Assembly: GCF_036321535.1 (NCBI RefSeq)
Contig: NC_087436.1
Coordinates: 60,700,001 to 60,764,000 of the forward strand
DNA: 64,000 nt
Direction: 5' to 3'
Source of the DNA: Camelus dromedarius
Taxonomy: Eukaryota
The notes below the pieces were generated by a model. It was not told where the DNA came from, ran no database searches, and saw only the letters and a program-made list of their open reading frames with translations. Positions 11,831 to 24,600 of this stretch are shown in pieces. The position numbers and the translations under genes are program-made. The number at the start of each line of letters is the position of its first letter. Within the stretch, counting starts at the first letter, position 1.

Positions 11831-14800
11831 TATAAAATTTACTGGAAAAGGAGCATCCATGATTGTTAGAATGGTTTTTCCATATCTATTCTGCACCATT
11901 TTATTGTTTCCATGCCATTTTTTAAAGTAATCAGTGAACATAAACTGATTTGCTGGTGGCCTTACCATGTGTCCTGGGTCACCCACTCTTCTCGCTCTGG
12001 GTGTCTGATACAGTACATATTTGTTGCCCTCTCCATGTCTTCTTGAACCCCTGAGTCTAGCTGCAAATCTGTCAGATCGATCTTCCTAATTCTGGCTTTA
12101 TTATCTCTAATGTGGCTTGCTACCTATACTAACTGTAATTTTACCTGATAATTTACCATCCAGTTATCACTTTGAATGTCTAGACCAATTTTGTCATAAT
12201 AAATATCATTATTTCACTCTTTAATGCTGTCTACCAACTAGACAGCAGTCTCTTCTTTTTCATTTTTATTGACATGGACATTGTCCACGTTCAACTAAGT
12301 GAGTATGAAGCACCCAGAGATGGGGAAGAGTCTGGGGATGAAACTATTTAGGCACCAGATGCAAGATTTGAGAGTGCTTAGTGTGGGAAGGAGAACACTT
12401 AGGAACGGCATTCTGTATGGACATACATAATACATACTTAAATGGAAACGGCATCCAGAGGAGAGCCAGGGCAGATGGAAGTTGTAAAGGGTAGCAGAAT
12501 CCAAGGCTGAGCCTTTTCACAATAAGAGTTACCCCAAAATAGTTTGGGACAGAAAGGAGTTCATGCAGAAAGGAAATGTTCAAATGGATACATGGTTTTC
12601 ATCATCAGTAAAAGGACTTCATTTGGAGACAGAAGTTGAATCAGATGTTCTCTTATTTCCTTTTCACCTTGGAAATTCTGTGAATTCTACTTAATGATTT
12701 ACACATATGGTTATTTATTTCAAAAGCTGGTTGGGTGAACTCATATCTTCTTTGTAAATACTGGAATTTGGATCAGATGATCCATTTGGGGTCATAGCAT
12801 ATACAGATCAACCTTCTCTTCTCCTTCCTGTGTCCCCTAATTCAAAAAGTGTTCAAAGCAGGTTGGACAGAAAATGTTCTCTGGTGGATCTTCCTTTTTT
12901 TTTTTGGCTTTCATACTGCCCCACACCATTGAAGGTCACCTCTGACTATCTGGCTACAGTGGATATTCCAGAAAATACATATTTGTAATCATAAAAAAGG
13001 GCTTTACATCCTAACATTTTCCTCATCCTTTTGTTCGATGCCTAAAATCTGAACTCAACGTCTTAGAAGTAAGACCTGCTGTTAATCTTCCTAATGTTTC
13101 TCTTTTGGAAACTTCTCTCCTTAGCTTTTCAGAATCAAAATCCACACCCAATGCAAAGGCACTACTGGGCAACAAACATAGTCCCCCAGAATTTCCACCA
13201 AAAATCTCATTAGCTTCTTAAAAATGAATGGTCTTTGTTCCTTTCAGCATCAGTCCCTTTCACCTCCCAAACTTGTAAGGTCTTTGCCTGAGGAAGGTGT
13301 AGACCATTTAGAAAAAGATGACTGCCAATACCTCCTTGCAATCCTTCCCTTGACTGTCGTCTAAGGTGTCCTGAGTTTTTATAATGGATCATCACTCTCT
13401 CTCTAAGTGTGTGTGTCTCTGTCTACCTCTCTCAATCTCTTCCTCATAACACCCTTTTCTCTCTGTCTACTTTGTCTCATTTCCCTAGCTACTGTGGCTT
13501 CTTATGACTGTCTGAATCCTCCAAAAGTGTTTTTGAGTTGTTGGAAGTAGGGATGGGGACCATTCCGTACTTCATTTGCTCTTCTTGATCCATCGCTTCA
13601 TGGCAATTTTTCTTCTTCATTTTTCTTTTAATGTATTACCTTAGCTAGATAATTTCCTTAGTAATTTGCAAATCTTTGTTACTCTACAATAATCTGAGTA
13701 TTATGCTCTCTAACTAGCAGCTCTTTAATAGTCTTCACCTACTAAATAAATGGCTCTATATGACCAGTCATACACATGAAATACATCTTTGGAGCCATTC
13801 TGCACCAACTTCTTTATTCTTTATAAATTCATGCTTTTAAGTCCCTGATTTCTGTATAATCCAAACATTATTAGAAATAACCTACTAAATTCATTAACAT
13901 TTAGGGGAAATGACAAATACAACTCTATGCTTAAACTCTTCTCTGTAAGCTGTTCATGATTTAATGTAATGCATTTCTGGCATTAGAAAACTAGTGAATT
14001 AGAGGTTAAAAATGGAGAATTTGAAAGATGTTTCCCTTCAGGTGGGAAGACCATATTCTAGGAGAGCATATCCTAAATATGTAAGGTGTGAAAAAACAGT
14101 AAAAAAAAAAAAAAAAAAAAAAAAGCTGAAGAAGTTCTGGATTTAATAAAAATCAAAATCTTTATATTACATTCCAGGGCTGAAATTTGAACAAATAACA
14201 CAAAATAAATACTTGAATAATAATAAATAAAATAAGTGAAGCCAAAGAGAGTCCATGAGATTATGAAGTTACCATAAATATTTAAGTGAGACTCTAAAAA
14301 AGAGGGGCATCCTATCCCAAACCTATGAATTAAAATTGTCCTCAGCAAAATGTGGAAAACTTCTAACTTTGAGGTGCTTACTGAGCATCACTTGCCCATG
14401 ATTGGCCAGCTCTTACTACAATTTATCATCCTTTGCTCTTATAAAATACTTAGAAGTACTTTTATTTTAACTTACAGCAGTATCCAATTATTTCTATTTC
14501 TGGAAAAAACACACAGCATGAAAGACAATTTTCAAAGCCAAGAACATGAAATAGATACAGTTCAGTTTAAATGGAAATGACCTTTTCCCCCTCCATCTCT
14601 ATAGATAAAGACATATATAAATACAAAGAGGAAAGAGACTGACTATAGGGGAAGAAAGCAAAAGTAATTTGGGGAGATTTCTAGAAAAGCTATGTCACTA
14701 AAAAGAAGTTTTAATAATTCACAAAACTTCAGAGTTTTTAACATTTCTCACCATCTTAATATAACTTTTCACTGAATTCAGACTGGCTCACAAGTTTCAA

Positions 14801-15189
14801 CTGTGCCTTCATCATCCTTTTCTAAGGATGATTATTAAGAAAAATAATTAAAATACATCTGGCTTGTGAAATCTTACAGAAATTTTTGAAAGGATACAAG
14901 TCAAGCAAAAATGTACTGTAAATAGCCTAGAATAACTGACAGAGGACACCTAGTGGTGGTCAAGAGTAATGCCATATTCTTCTGTAGCACAAGCTTTGTG
15001 TTTCACAATTATACAACAGAACTTAGGAAGATGTTGTCATGTACCTGCCATCTATGTCACTTTCAACTGGACCAGAGGTGCCACAAACAGAGAAGCCAAT
15101 TAACAACAACAAAAAAAAACTATCATTTAACTTCTATATGAGAATTTGTCCCAAATACTTCAAAAAATATATGTATATAGTCTGATAGA

Positions 15190-15408
15190 CAACAAAACAG
15201 TATTATATACACTAAACTTGCTAAGAGATAGATCTTAACTTTTCCGGCCATTAGGAAAAAATAATTATGATAATTGTGACACAACAGAGTGTTGGATAAT
15301 GCTACAATGGCAATCATATTGCAATATAAACGTATCAGATCATTATATTGTATACATTAAGCTACCCATTCTATGTCAATTATATCTAACTAAATACTTT
15401 TAAAAAAT
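15190..15408 (+). mobile_element. L1MA9/10-like 3' end
   Basis: ttgctaagagatagatcttaa...caatcatattgcaatata...tatgtcaattatatct. Confidence 0.75.
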
Positions 15409-15579
15409 GTGTAGTCTGGCTAGGAAGTTGTGGAACCTTTGATCACACAGTAGATAGTCCTACAACAAACAAATAAAACTTGCTTCTTTTTAAGTGCTAG
15501 GTTAACGTCAACTATGTTTTTAAATGAGAAATGTACTGAGTAATTTCATAAGACAATGTTATCATTGTTATTCTATGTC

Positions 15580-15830
15580 AACATTGTGCCTGCTATGAAC
15601 CAATCATTTTGTGTGAGGTGCTGGGAATACAGAATGAGTGGATACAGCCCAGGTTCTAGAAGGTGGAAGAAGGAGACAGAGAGAGGTGATATGAAGTTTC
15701 AGGGCTTCTGAAACAAAAGAATGTACAGTAAGAACACAGAGGAAAGGACCATTGGTTTTACTTCTTGGGGAAGTGAAGTCAGGAAATGCTTCAACAGAGG
15801 AGGCAAGATTTGGGGTTGCTATCTTAGCAC
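15580..15830 (-). mobile_element. L2 3' fragment
   Basis: tgtgcctgctatg...ggtgctgggaatacaga...aagtcaggaaatgcttcaacagagg. Confidence 0.6.
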
Positions 15831-16235
15831 GACGTGTTGTGTGGTCAGCTTCCTTGGATGCCGCTTCTGTTTGTGAAACGGGGAAAAAAGGATGTATTGT
15901 AGCTCCTCGTTCTGGCTGCATCAGACTTGCTGTCTGATCATGGAGATTTGTCATTAAGTTTCCTAGGTCTTAAAACTAACTTAGCAAACTTTTACTCTAT
16001 TCCGAACACATAGGAAGAATAGATTAAAATATTTTTTTAAGCTCATGTATTTGGAAATGAAAAAAGCAGGAGTTTGGGATCCAGACAAATAGGGGTCTTG
16101 CCTTGTGTCTGCCATAACAATCATGAGTTTTGGTGAAACCACTGAGACTCACTCTGTTTTCTTTTCTGTCAAATGAGAGTTTGGTTTATGGTGCTGTCTC
16201 AGATCCCTTTTTCTAATTCTAAGCATTAAATCACT

Positions 16236-16257
16236 CACACACACACACACACACACA
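16236..16257. repeat. (CA)11 microsatellite
   Basis: Read directly. Confidence 0.95.
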
Positions 16258-16272
16258 TGAGTCTAACCCATC

Positions 16273-16780
16273 TGTGATGGTTTTCAAATATATCCACAAA
16301 TCCTTTTTCAGTCCTTCTTTCAAAAGGAGCCAAATTCCTCTCCCTGTGAGTGTGGGGCAGGCTTAGTGACTGACTTCTAACAACTAGAATGTGGTGGGAG
16401 TGACAGTGTCTGATTTCCCAGATTAGGTCATAAAAGGCATTGCACCTTTTGCCTGGCCCTCTCTTAGATTACTCGTTCTGGGGGAAGCCAGCTGCGTGTC
16501 ATGAAAACACTGAGGCAGACCTTTGAAAACCCCACATGGTAAGGAACTCCAGCCAACAGCCACGTGAGCAAGCCATCTTGGGAGATCCTCCCTCCCCTGT
16601 CAGCACTGAGATGACAGCAGCTCCGCCAACGCCTTGACTACAGCCTCATTAGAGACCCTGAACCAGAACCACTCAGCTAAGCTGCACCAGAATTCTTGAC
16701 CCACAGAAACTTTGAAATAATAAACATTGTTATTTTAAGCCTCTAAATTTTGTAGTAACTCGCAGTAGATTATGAATACA
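16273..16780 (+). mobile_element. Full-length solo MaLR LTR (MLT1F-like) with 5-bp TSD CCATC
   Basis: TGTGATGG...AATACA termini; CCATC at 16268-16272 and 16781-16785; ggggaagccagctg, cagctaagc, cccacagaaac, aataaa motifs. Confidence 0.9.
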
Positions 16781-17409
16781 CCATCTCCCAAGCTATCTCC
16801 TTCTTGGCTCATAACCTAATCCAGAACTTCTAGCGGTCAAACCCAGTGGACAATAATGCAGATGCAGAATAATTGTTTTCACTTTAAAGGTCTGAGCATT
16901 TATTTTTCTACCTCCATCCTTGCCACAAGATGGAAGTCTTAATACTCTTAATACTCACCCTGTCTCTCTAGACCTTTCTTTGCCTAACAGTGTTATTTCT
17001 AAAAGGCTCAGTTGCCATTTGTAATTTACAGCTCTTTTAACTAGTGTGTTCAGTCTTTACCATTTCAGAAAGCAAATTTGGACAATGACAGAGCATCATA
17101 TCTTTTCAGTTCCTTTAGGTCTTTTCTGCAGCTTCAAAGTGCACTCTCCACCAAGCCAGGATAAACAAACGCTCACTCTTCCATAGGTGCTTTGACTTCC
17201 TATGACCCCTGAACAGCAGCCCTAACTCAGGGATTCAGAACATAAGGCAAAGGCTCAGGCTAGTTTTCACGTTTTTTACATGGACACAGGGACTCTTGTC
17301 AACGTAACTACCTAGGTCTCCCAAGGTAATTACAAACACTAAAACCTTCAGTGACCTCAGATTGCAAGGTTAAAATGGGGCAGTAGGAAGAATATCACCT
17401 ACGTCACCA

Positions 17410-17590
17410 GAGCTATTTACTTGCTCTCTGACTGCAAACAATTTATTAAACTGCTCTGAGCTTCAATTTCCTCACCCAGACAATGAGAGTATTGATATCT
17501 GCTTTACAGACTGGTTATAAGGGTCTAGGACTGTATTGAACATGAAAAGTCCTTTATAAAGTGTTTTACACGTTGTAGTTATTATTTTTA
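17410..17590 (+). mobile_element. MIR fragment
   Basis: ctctgagcttcaatttcctcacc...gctttacagactggttataaggg. Confidence 0.55.
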
Positions 17591-19139
17591 TTATATTGAG
17601 TCACCCAAGAACACATACAAATCACTTAAAAATTGGTCAAATTCCAAGATCTAAGAGATTTGTAACACTGCCAAATCTATCCCCTCTTCCGATACAATGG
17701 AAGCGCGGAGTAGCGGGTGAAAGGAGGCCAGAAAGTCGGATTTTAGACTGCCCCCACCCACCGGGCATCACCATGGCATGAGGCTTTCCTCAGCTAGGAA
17801 ACAGGGCAAACAAGTCAGAGAATGTTAAGATATCTTCTTGGATGCTAGTAATTGTTAAATGACACTTGCGGTTTAACAGAGAAGGGAGAATTTTTTTTAA
17901 AAAAGAAAAATAATTAGCATATTTTTGACTACTGTATTAAGAGGAAGAATTTTTACTGTGTATTCATTTCGTTTGAAACAGTCAGCATGAAAAAGTTCCT
18001 ATCTGTTTTGATAAGTAGCCAGCTGGTGTTGAAGGATTCATTTTCTTTGTAGTTTGATGCAATTGAAATGAGCTTGCTAGTCACCTCTTGAAACCTATGG
18101 AGCTTTAAAATCAATCACTTAGAATATGAAGATCCTAGTGAGGCTATTAAACTCTATGACTTTTAAATGTTAAAATCACCAAAGCCCCTTTAATTTTACT
18201 GGTAATGACATATACAACCTTTTATAGTAGATATTAAGTATTCATATTAAATTATAATAAATATTCATGCTGAACCGTAAGCCACCTGATATTGCAAATG
18301 GTCGTTTATGTTGTCACTGATGGACCACTGTCAGATCTGCTAGGATAATGTTTATAATTTATTTAGCAATATGTCACAAGAAAATGTCCAATTCCACACT
18401 ATTTCTATCTTAGTAGCAATGGATGTTGCCAGGGCATGGTGAAGTATAAATTATTTCTCAATTTAAACATGAAGCTACTACAATAAAATGCCCATGGCTA
18501 AGAAAGTCATTAGCATGCACTATAGAACAAGCTTGTGACACACAGTACGTACACACACAAGTAGAACACTTGGTATTATAGACAAAGAAGAAATAAAGAA
18601 ATCAAAGCAGAATGTCCTCTGATTTCCAGCAAGCACAGCAGGGGTGGATGGGAGCCTTAAATGAGATGCACAGGAAAGGTTAGCTCTTTATAGGAAGCCA
18701 AATACTTTCTATCAGCAAGGGAGCACACTTCAAAGCCAGGTCAGCCAGGAAAACCTAGAGCTTAAAGGAACTGGAAAACAGACATCTTCTGTGAAAAAAA
18801 ACTATGGCTTCCAAGGGATGACTACATGACTACTAAAAATGGAAGGCCTCATTAATTTTATTTAACTCCTAATCACCAGATGTTGTCAGCCATATGGAAA
18901 GAAATTTAATGTTTTCAGACCTGTGATGTGTGTGTTTTGTTGGGGAGGAGGGGTGGGGTGGGGTACGTGTTTGTGATTGTGAGTGATGGGCGCATGGAGG
19001 AAGAGGGATGGTGGTGGTGGTGGTGTGTGTGTAAGCACAGTACAAATGTTTAGATTCTCCTAAAAATATTTGTTTTACTAGGTCTTTTAGTTCATCAGTA
19101 GAGAAAGAAGCACTGATATTTGTGATAATGTCCTCTTAG

Positions 19140-19310
19140 CACTGTATATTTTTTAGTTTCTAATGTATTTCCATAGGCACTATTTTATCTGCTTTTTAAA
19201 ACAATGTTATCACTAATACTTTATTACAGAAGAAATTCAAGTCCAGAGAGCACAGAGTCACAAAATTCAGACATGGCAAGACCAGGGCTTGAACCCAGGA
19301 GACCCACACT
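19140..19310 (-). mobile_element. MIR fragment
   Basis: ttacagaagaaattcaagtccagagag...ggcaagaccagggcttgaacccagg. Confidence 0.6.
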
Positions 19311-20831
19311 CTCCGCCTAAGTCTATAAGAAAATGTGGAGAAAAGGCTTAAGACTGAAGTAGTTTCCCTGGTGCCTTAGAAAACTACAGTGGGTTACTTC
19401 TTACTACCTCTCATTTAAATTATTCAGCCTCTTAATCTTGTCCCCTTGTTGTGACACCAGTTGAAGAAATGGCTCCTCCATTCACTCCACATTTTTGGTA
19501 CTTACTATCTGCCTAGAAACGTGTTAGGTGCTGCAAATGCATCTCTGAATAAAATGCCATGCCTGATTTCAGGCTGCATACGCTCAGGACTACTAAGGAG
19601 AGGGTCAAGTACTTTTTGGTATTACCACCCCAGAGGGTGTTCAGAATTCCTCCCAGCTCTTCCCAAAGATGCACCAGGAACAAAGGCAAATACACCAAGA
19701 GGGCCTGGGTATCATGGGGCTAAAATAGTCTGTGATGTGCTGGGTTTAAAATTCAAAGTTCACGTATAGGTTCTTATACACATCCTCTCATTTTCTTCAT
19801 CCTCTCCCTCCCCTTTTTACTTCTTTTTCATCTTTTACTCTTCCTAAGTCTCAATTGACACCACTATTCTACCTCATGTGACCAAAGTGTGTATACTTTC
19901 CTGATCAGTGTCTTAAGAGTCCAAGAACCCCCACGAGTGAAGCTTCTTCTTTAGGGAGGCCTCTAGTGGCGATGTCTGGAACTGCAAGGAATTTGACAGT
20001 AGTTCTTGGGAATTAAGATAGCCTCATATTGATGAGACCTGAGGGTCCTTACTAAGTCTGAATCTGGATTATTTAGGAATGCCAAACTATAGGGACAGCT
20101 ACATGCATGAGTAAAGCTCCATAGAGTACAGAGAAATCTCTTATGATCTCAATAAGAAAGAGTCAAATATGCTTATTTAAAATAAACCAATCTGTTTTCA
20201 AATTTGAACCCTCACTTGGCCAGGCTGAAATTTAACCTCAGTCATCTTGTCCTAAGGACCCTCATAGTTTGATCATTAGTGAGGCATTCCAGAGACCCAT
20301 CCAATTGTAAAGCATCTGTATTAGTTACTACGGAAATGCCCATTGTACCATTGTCTCCCAAATTCGGCAGGTCTACTGCTCTCATCCCTGAGTAGAGCAA
20401 ATGAACCTTTGGGAACCGTACAGCCATTCCTCTCTCTACCACCTACATGGGGGTCCTGAAAAGGAGCAAGGCATGCATGTCTGCCATTCAAGAAACCCAG
20501 AGATTTCATCATCTCCCAGTCTCAGAAAATTACTCTTTTCCTGAGGAAGATTCTTTTTCCTCCAAGATTCTCTTTGCGATGTCCCTCTCTCCACACCTTC
20601 AGAGAAGACCTTCCACAATATCCATGAGGGCTTATACTCAAAAAAAAAAAAAAAAAAAGAAAAAAGAAAAAGAAAAAACCAAATCCAACGTATATGTCCT
20701 GCATTTTTGCATGTAAATTCTATTTTCTACCATGCGATATATCTCCCATCAGCCAAAGCAGCATAGAGTCAGATAGTTGTTTGAAGGCAGGGGATGAGAA
20801 TAAGGAAATATAAGAAAAAATACGGATTGCT

Positions 20832-20884
20832 ATGTCACATTGGGGATAAATTTGTGGGGAGTGGCCACAATTCAGTCCATAACA
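20832..20884 (-). mobile_element. MLT1A/B-like LTR 5'-end fragment
   Basis: Reverse complement reads tgttatggactgaattgtg...ccccaatgtgac. Confidence 0.5.
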
Positions 20885-21374
20885 TTTAATGAGTTTTTAT
20901 TAAAATGTTTTTAGACCATGGGAACATCACTTCAGCTTTGAAAATGCTGTTTTCTGAAGGAAGAAGTGCTTAAGAAATAAGCTACATGGAAAAATTTGTT
21001 CCTGAGTTGTGTGGTAATCTGTCAACCCTGCAGAATCTTAGATTTAAGATACATGAAAGATTTAAAATTAGATTTATCCATCACTGGAAGTGATTAAGAA
21101 ATTCTACCAGTTCAAGAGGAAGGTGGCCCAGATACAGATGCTAAAGAAGGAATCGAAACCACACATGTGACCCTTTGGGTGGGCTGAGAAAAATAAGAAG
21201 GAATGAAGGAAATAAGACTATTTGTACATATTTTAAAGTTTTAATTTCTGAGTATGTCAGGAGCGGTAAAAGTCACTTGAAGGACTTTCTGTGGGAGCAA
21301 ATACTTGATTATAATATAAAGGGGGTCTGGTGCGATTATGTGCAGGGTGTCAGCAGAATTGAGGGTTTGAATTA

Positions 21375-21640
21375 TTTGAGCAATGGTGTTAAACAGCATA
21401 AGGGCTGAGAGCTGGGGCTTAGGAGCCAGACTACTTTGATTCAAATCTTGATCTCTACTTATCAGCTTGTGTAAGCTACTCAGACTCTGTGTCCCTCAGA
21501 TTCTTTGTCTATAAAATAGGAACCAGAATAGTAACTACTTCATAAATTTGAGGTGAAAGTTCAATGAGTTAAAATATATAAAATTCCTAGACCGCTCTCT
21601 GGTAACACTAACTGTTCAACACATTTTAACTTCTATTACT
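21375..21640 (+). mobile_element. MIR, near full length
   Basis: ggagccagactactttgattcaaatct...tctgtgtccctcag...ctataaaatagg...aatgagttaa. Confidence 0.8.
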
Positions 21641-21649
21641 GGTTGGACA

Positions 21650-24600
21650 CCATGTGAGGAGACAACACCCAGAATGGTGAGGTGAGCAGCCCTGCAGACC
21701 CTCTTTGCTGCAAAATAACCACAACTACTGAAAATTACTTTTTAAAATACCATTAAAATCTCTTTAAATTATCCTATGGGCACATAACAAATGAAGAAAT
21801 GTTCACTTAAGAACATCTACTAAATATTGCTAAGACTGGCCAGAGTGTGACATTTAAGCCATGATCCCACTACCTATCCCCCCACCAAAGTAGAATGGAA
21901 GCTCCGCTTTGCATGACTGTGGCAAGATGGAAATTCCTCTCCCTCAATCTGCAGTCCATGGCTACACTATCTCTCCAAGAGGGCCAGGCTACCAACATTT
22001 CTTATCATTTCCAGCTCTGTGTCAGAGAGGCTAAATGCAAGCAAGTGTACACAAGTGGTCAAGTGTCCCTTTCTGCTATATGGCTCCCACATATAGGTCA
22101 GAGGTTCTACCGTAGATGCAGCAGGATGAGAATACTGGGGTCCTAATTGCCCTTGTCCCAGAAAACATGTAGGGTGGAGACATGTAGGATTCCAAGAAGA
22201 TCCTTAGTTAGTACCCTGCTCATAAAGCAGGCATGCTACTCTAAGAGAAGTAGCCATTGACCCTGCTTCCAGTTTCAGAACAGTGATGCAGAGATTTGCC
22301 CAAGGGAAAGACAAAATATAAAAACAGAGTTCTGAAACCCTCTCCACAGGAATTGACTTTATTTGGAATAGAGTGTGAGGAAGTCCAAGTCCAAGTGCAT
22401 CATCAGAAATAATGAAGACTTTGGTGATAAGCAATTAAGAGGAGCCTGGTCATTCCATGAGAGCAACAGGTATAACTGTAGACCAGTGGAAGTTTACCAG
22501 AGATAAACAAGAAAAAAGACTGCTAAGGAGAGCCTCATCACCACCCTGGACTTGGAACAAACCACAAAGACTTCCTCCAAAAGAGACTGAGTTTAATTGG
22601 ATCAGAGTGTGGAGTAATTTATGCCTAGAATATTGTCAAAAAAAAAAAAATAGAGCAAGAAACACTAAATTAGTGGAGGCTAACAGCTGGGTGTGATACC
22701 AAAGGATATAAACAGCTTAACAGAGATATTAAGGAGAGAGACAAAGAGATCCCTGCTAGAATCACAATCACCCTAGATGACTGTGAGCATGCCGAAGACT
22801 GCATACTCTGAGGAATGACATCCTTAACAATGAGAATGAATGATGAGGGAGAAATAAACTTTCCTAAAATAGTCCTGCTAAATCACTAAAATATTAAGCA
22901 AGCAAACAACAACAAAAAGCCTCAGAAAGGAGGGATCATTTTCCAGAATTGTTATGATATATTATCTAAAAAGTCCAGTTTACAACAGAAATTAAAAGAC
23001 ATTCAAAGAAATAGGAAACAGTATAATCTCTAAGTAGGAAAAAAGGCAGGCAACAGAATCTGCCTTCGACAAGATCCAAGCATCCAACTTAGCAAACAAA
23101 GACTTCAAGCAGCTATTATTAATATGTTCAAAGAACAAAGGAAACCCTGCTTAATAAGTAAAAAAGGTATGATGACAACATTCAGTTAAATAGAGAACAT
23201 TAATAAAGAGACAGAAATTATATTTGTATATACACACATATATATGAACATATACATATTAAATGAAAAGTACATAACCAAAATGAAAAATGTATAAGAG
23301 TTGCCCAGTAGCAGATTTGAGCTGGCAGAGGAAACAATCGGCAAACTTGAAGAATCATCTTAAGAATAGAGGAAAAATGAATGAAAAAATAATTAACTGT
23401 CTCACAGAACTACAGGACAGTATCAAATTCATCAACATTCGTGCAATGAGAGTATCATAGAGGAGAAAAGATAAGAGCTAAAAAAAAAAACAAGTGAATA
23501 AATAATGGCTGAAAATTACCAAGTTTGATGAAAAACATTACCTACACATCTAAAGTAGCTCAATAACCGAAATGCAAGAGATTGACATCCAGACATATCA
23601 TAGTGGTAATGCTGAAAACAAAGAGAAAGAGGACTCCTGGAAGCAGTAAGAGGAGCAGACTCACCACAAACAGGGGAGTCCTAATAAACTAAAAGCTGAC
23701 TTCACTTGTGAAACAATGAAGGACAAGAAGCAGTGGGATAACATATTCCAAGGGCTAAAGGAAAAAAAAATCTATCCACCAAGTATCTGTATCTAGCAAA
23801 ACTAACATTCAAAATGAATGCAAAATAAAGTCATTCCCATGTAAACAAAAACTAGGAGAACTTGTTGCTAGTGGACTCACCCTACAAGAAGTTCTAAAGG
23901 AATTTGTTCAGACTGAAAGCAACTAGAACCAGAGAGTAATTCATATCTACTTATAAAAAAACAGAATGCCAATAAGGCAACAATGTAATTATAAAATACG
24001 GTATAGTTGCATATTTATTCCCCTTTCTTCCATTAGCTGATTCAAAAGAAATTGCGTAAAACAATATGTATATAATTGTGTCATAAAACTAAAACATTTT
24101 GAAATACAATATATTTGACAATAACATCACAAAGATTGTGTGGGAATAAAGCTATACTGAAGTGAGGAAATGGAACCAGATAGTAACTCAAATCCACAGG
24201 AACAAATGAAGAGAACCAGAAATAGTAAATGAAAAGGTTAACATAACAAACTCCATAAATATATTCATGTTGTCACTTCCTCTCAACTTCTTTAAAAAAT
24301 ATAAAGTTATATAAAGTAACAATTATAAGAAGGTGTTGTTGGATCTGTAGCATACATAAATGTAACATATATAATAATAATAGCACAAAAAAGCAAGAGG
24401 GAATAGAGCTATAAAGGAGTAAAATCTATAGCTCACTGGAATTAAGTTGGTATAAGTTTGAAGTAGATTCTGGTAAGTCAGGTACATATCATAAGCTCTA
24501 GAGCAACCACTAAGAAAATAACTCAAAAAATACTGAAATACAATTAAAGGAATTACAATGTTACACTAGAAAGTATTCACTTTACGCAAAAGAAAACAGT

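Noticed and set aside
19953..19972. CTCF-like sequence (GCCACTAGAGGCCTC on the minus strand)
   Set aside because: Mismatch in the high-information GGC part of the core.
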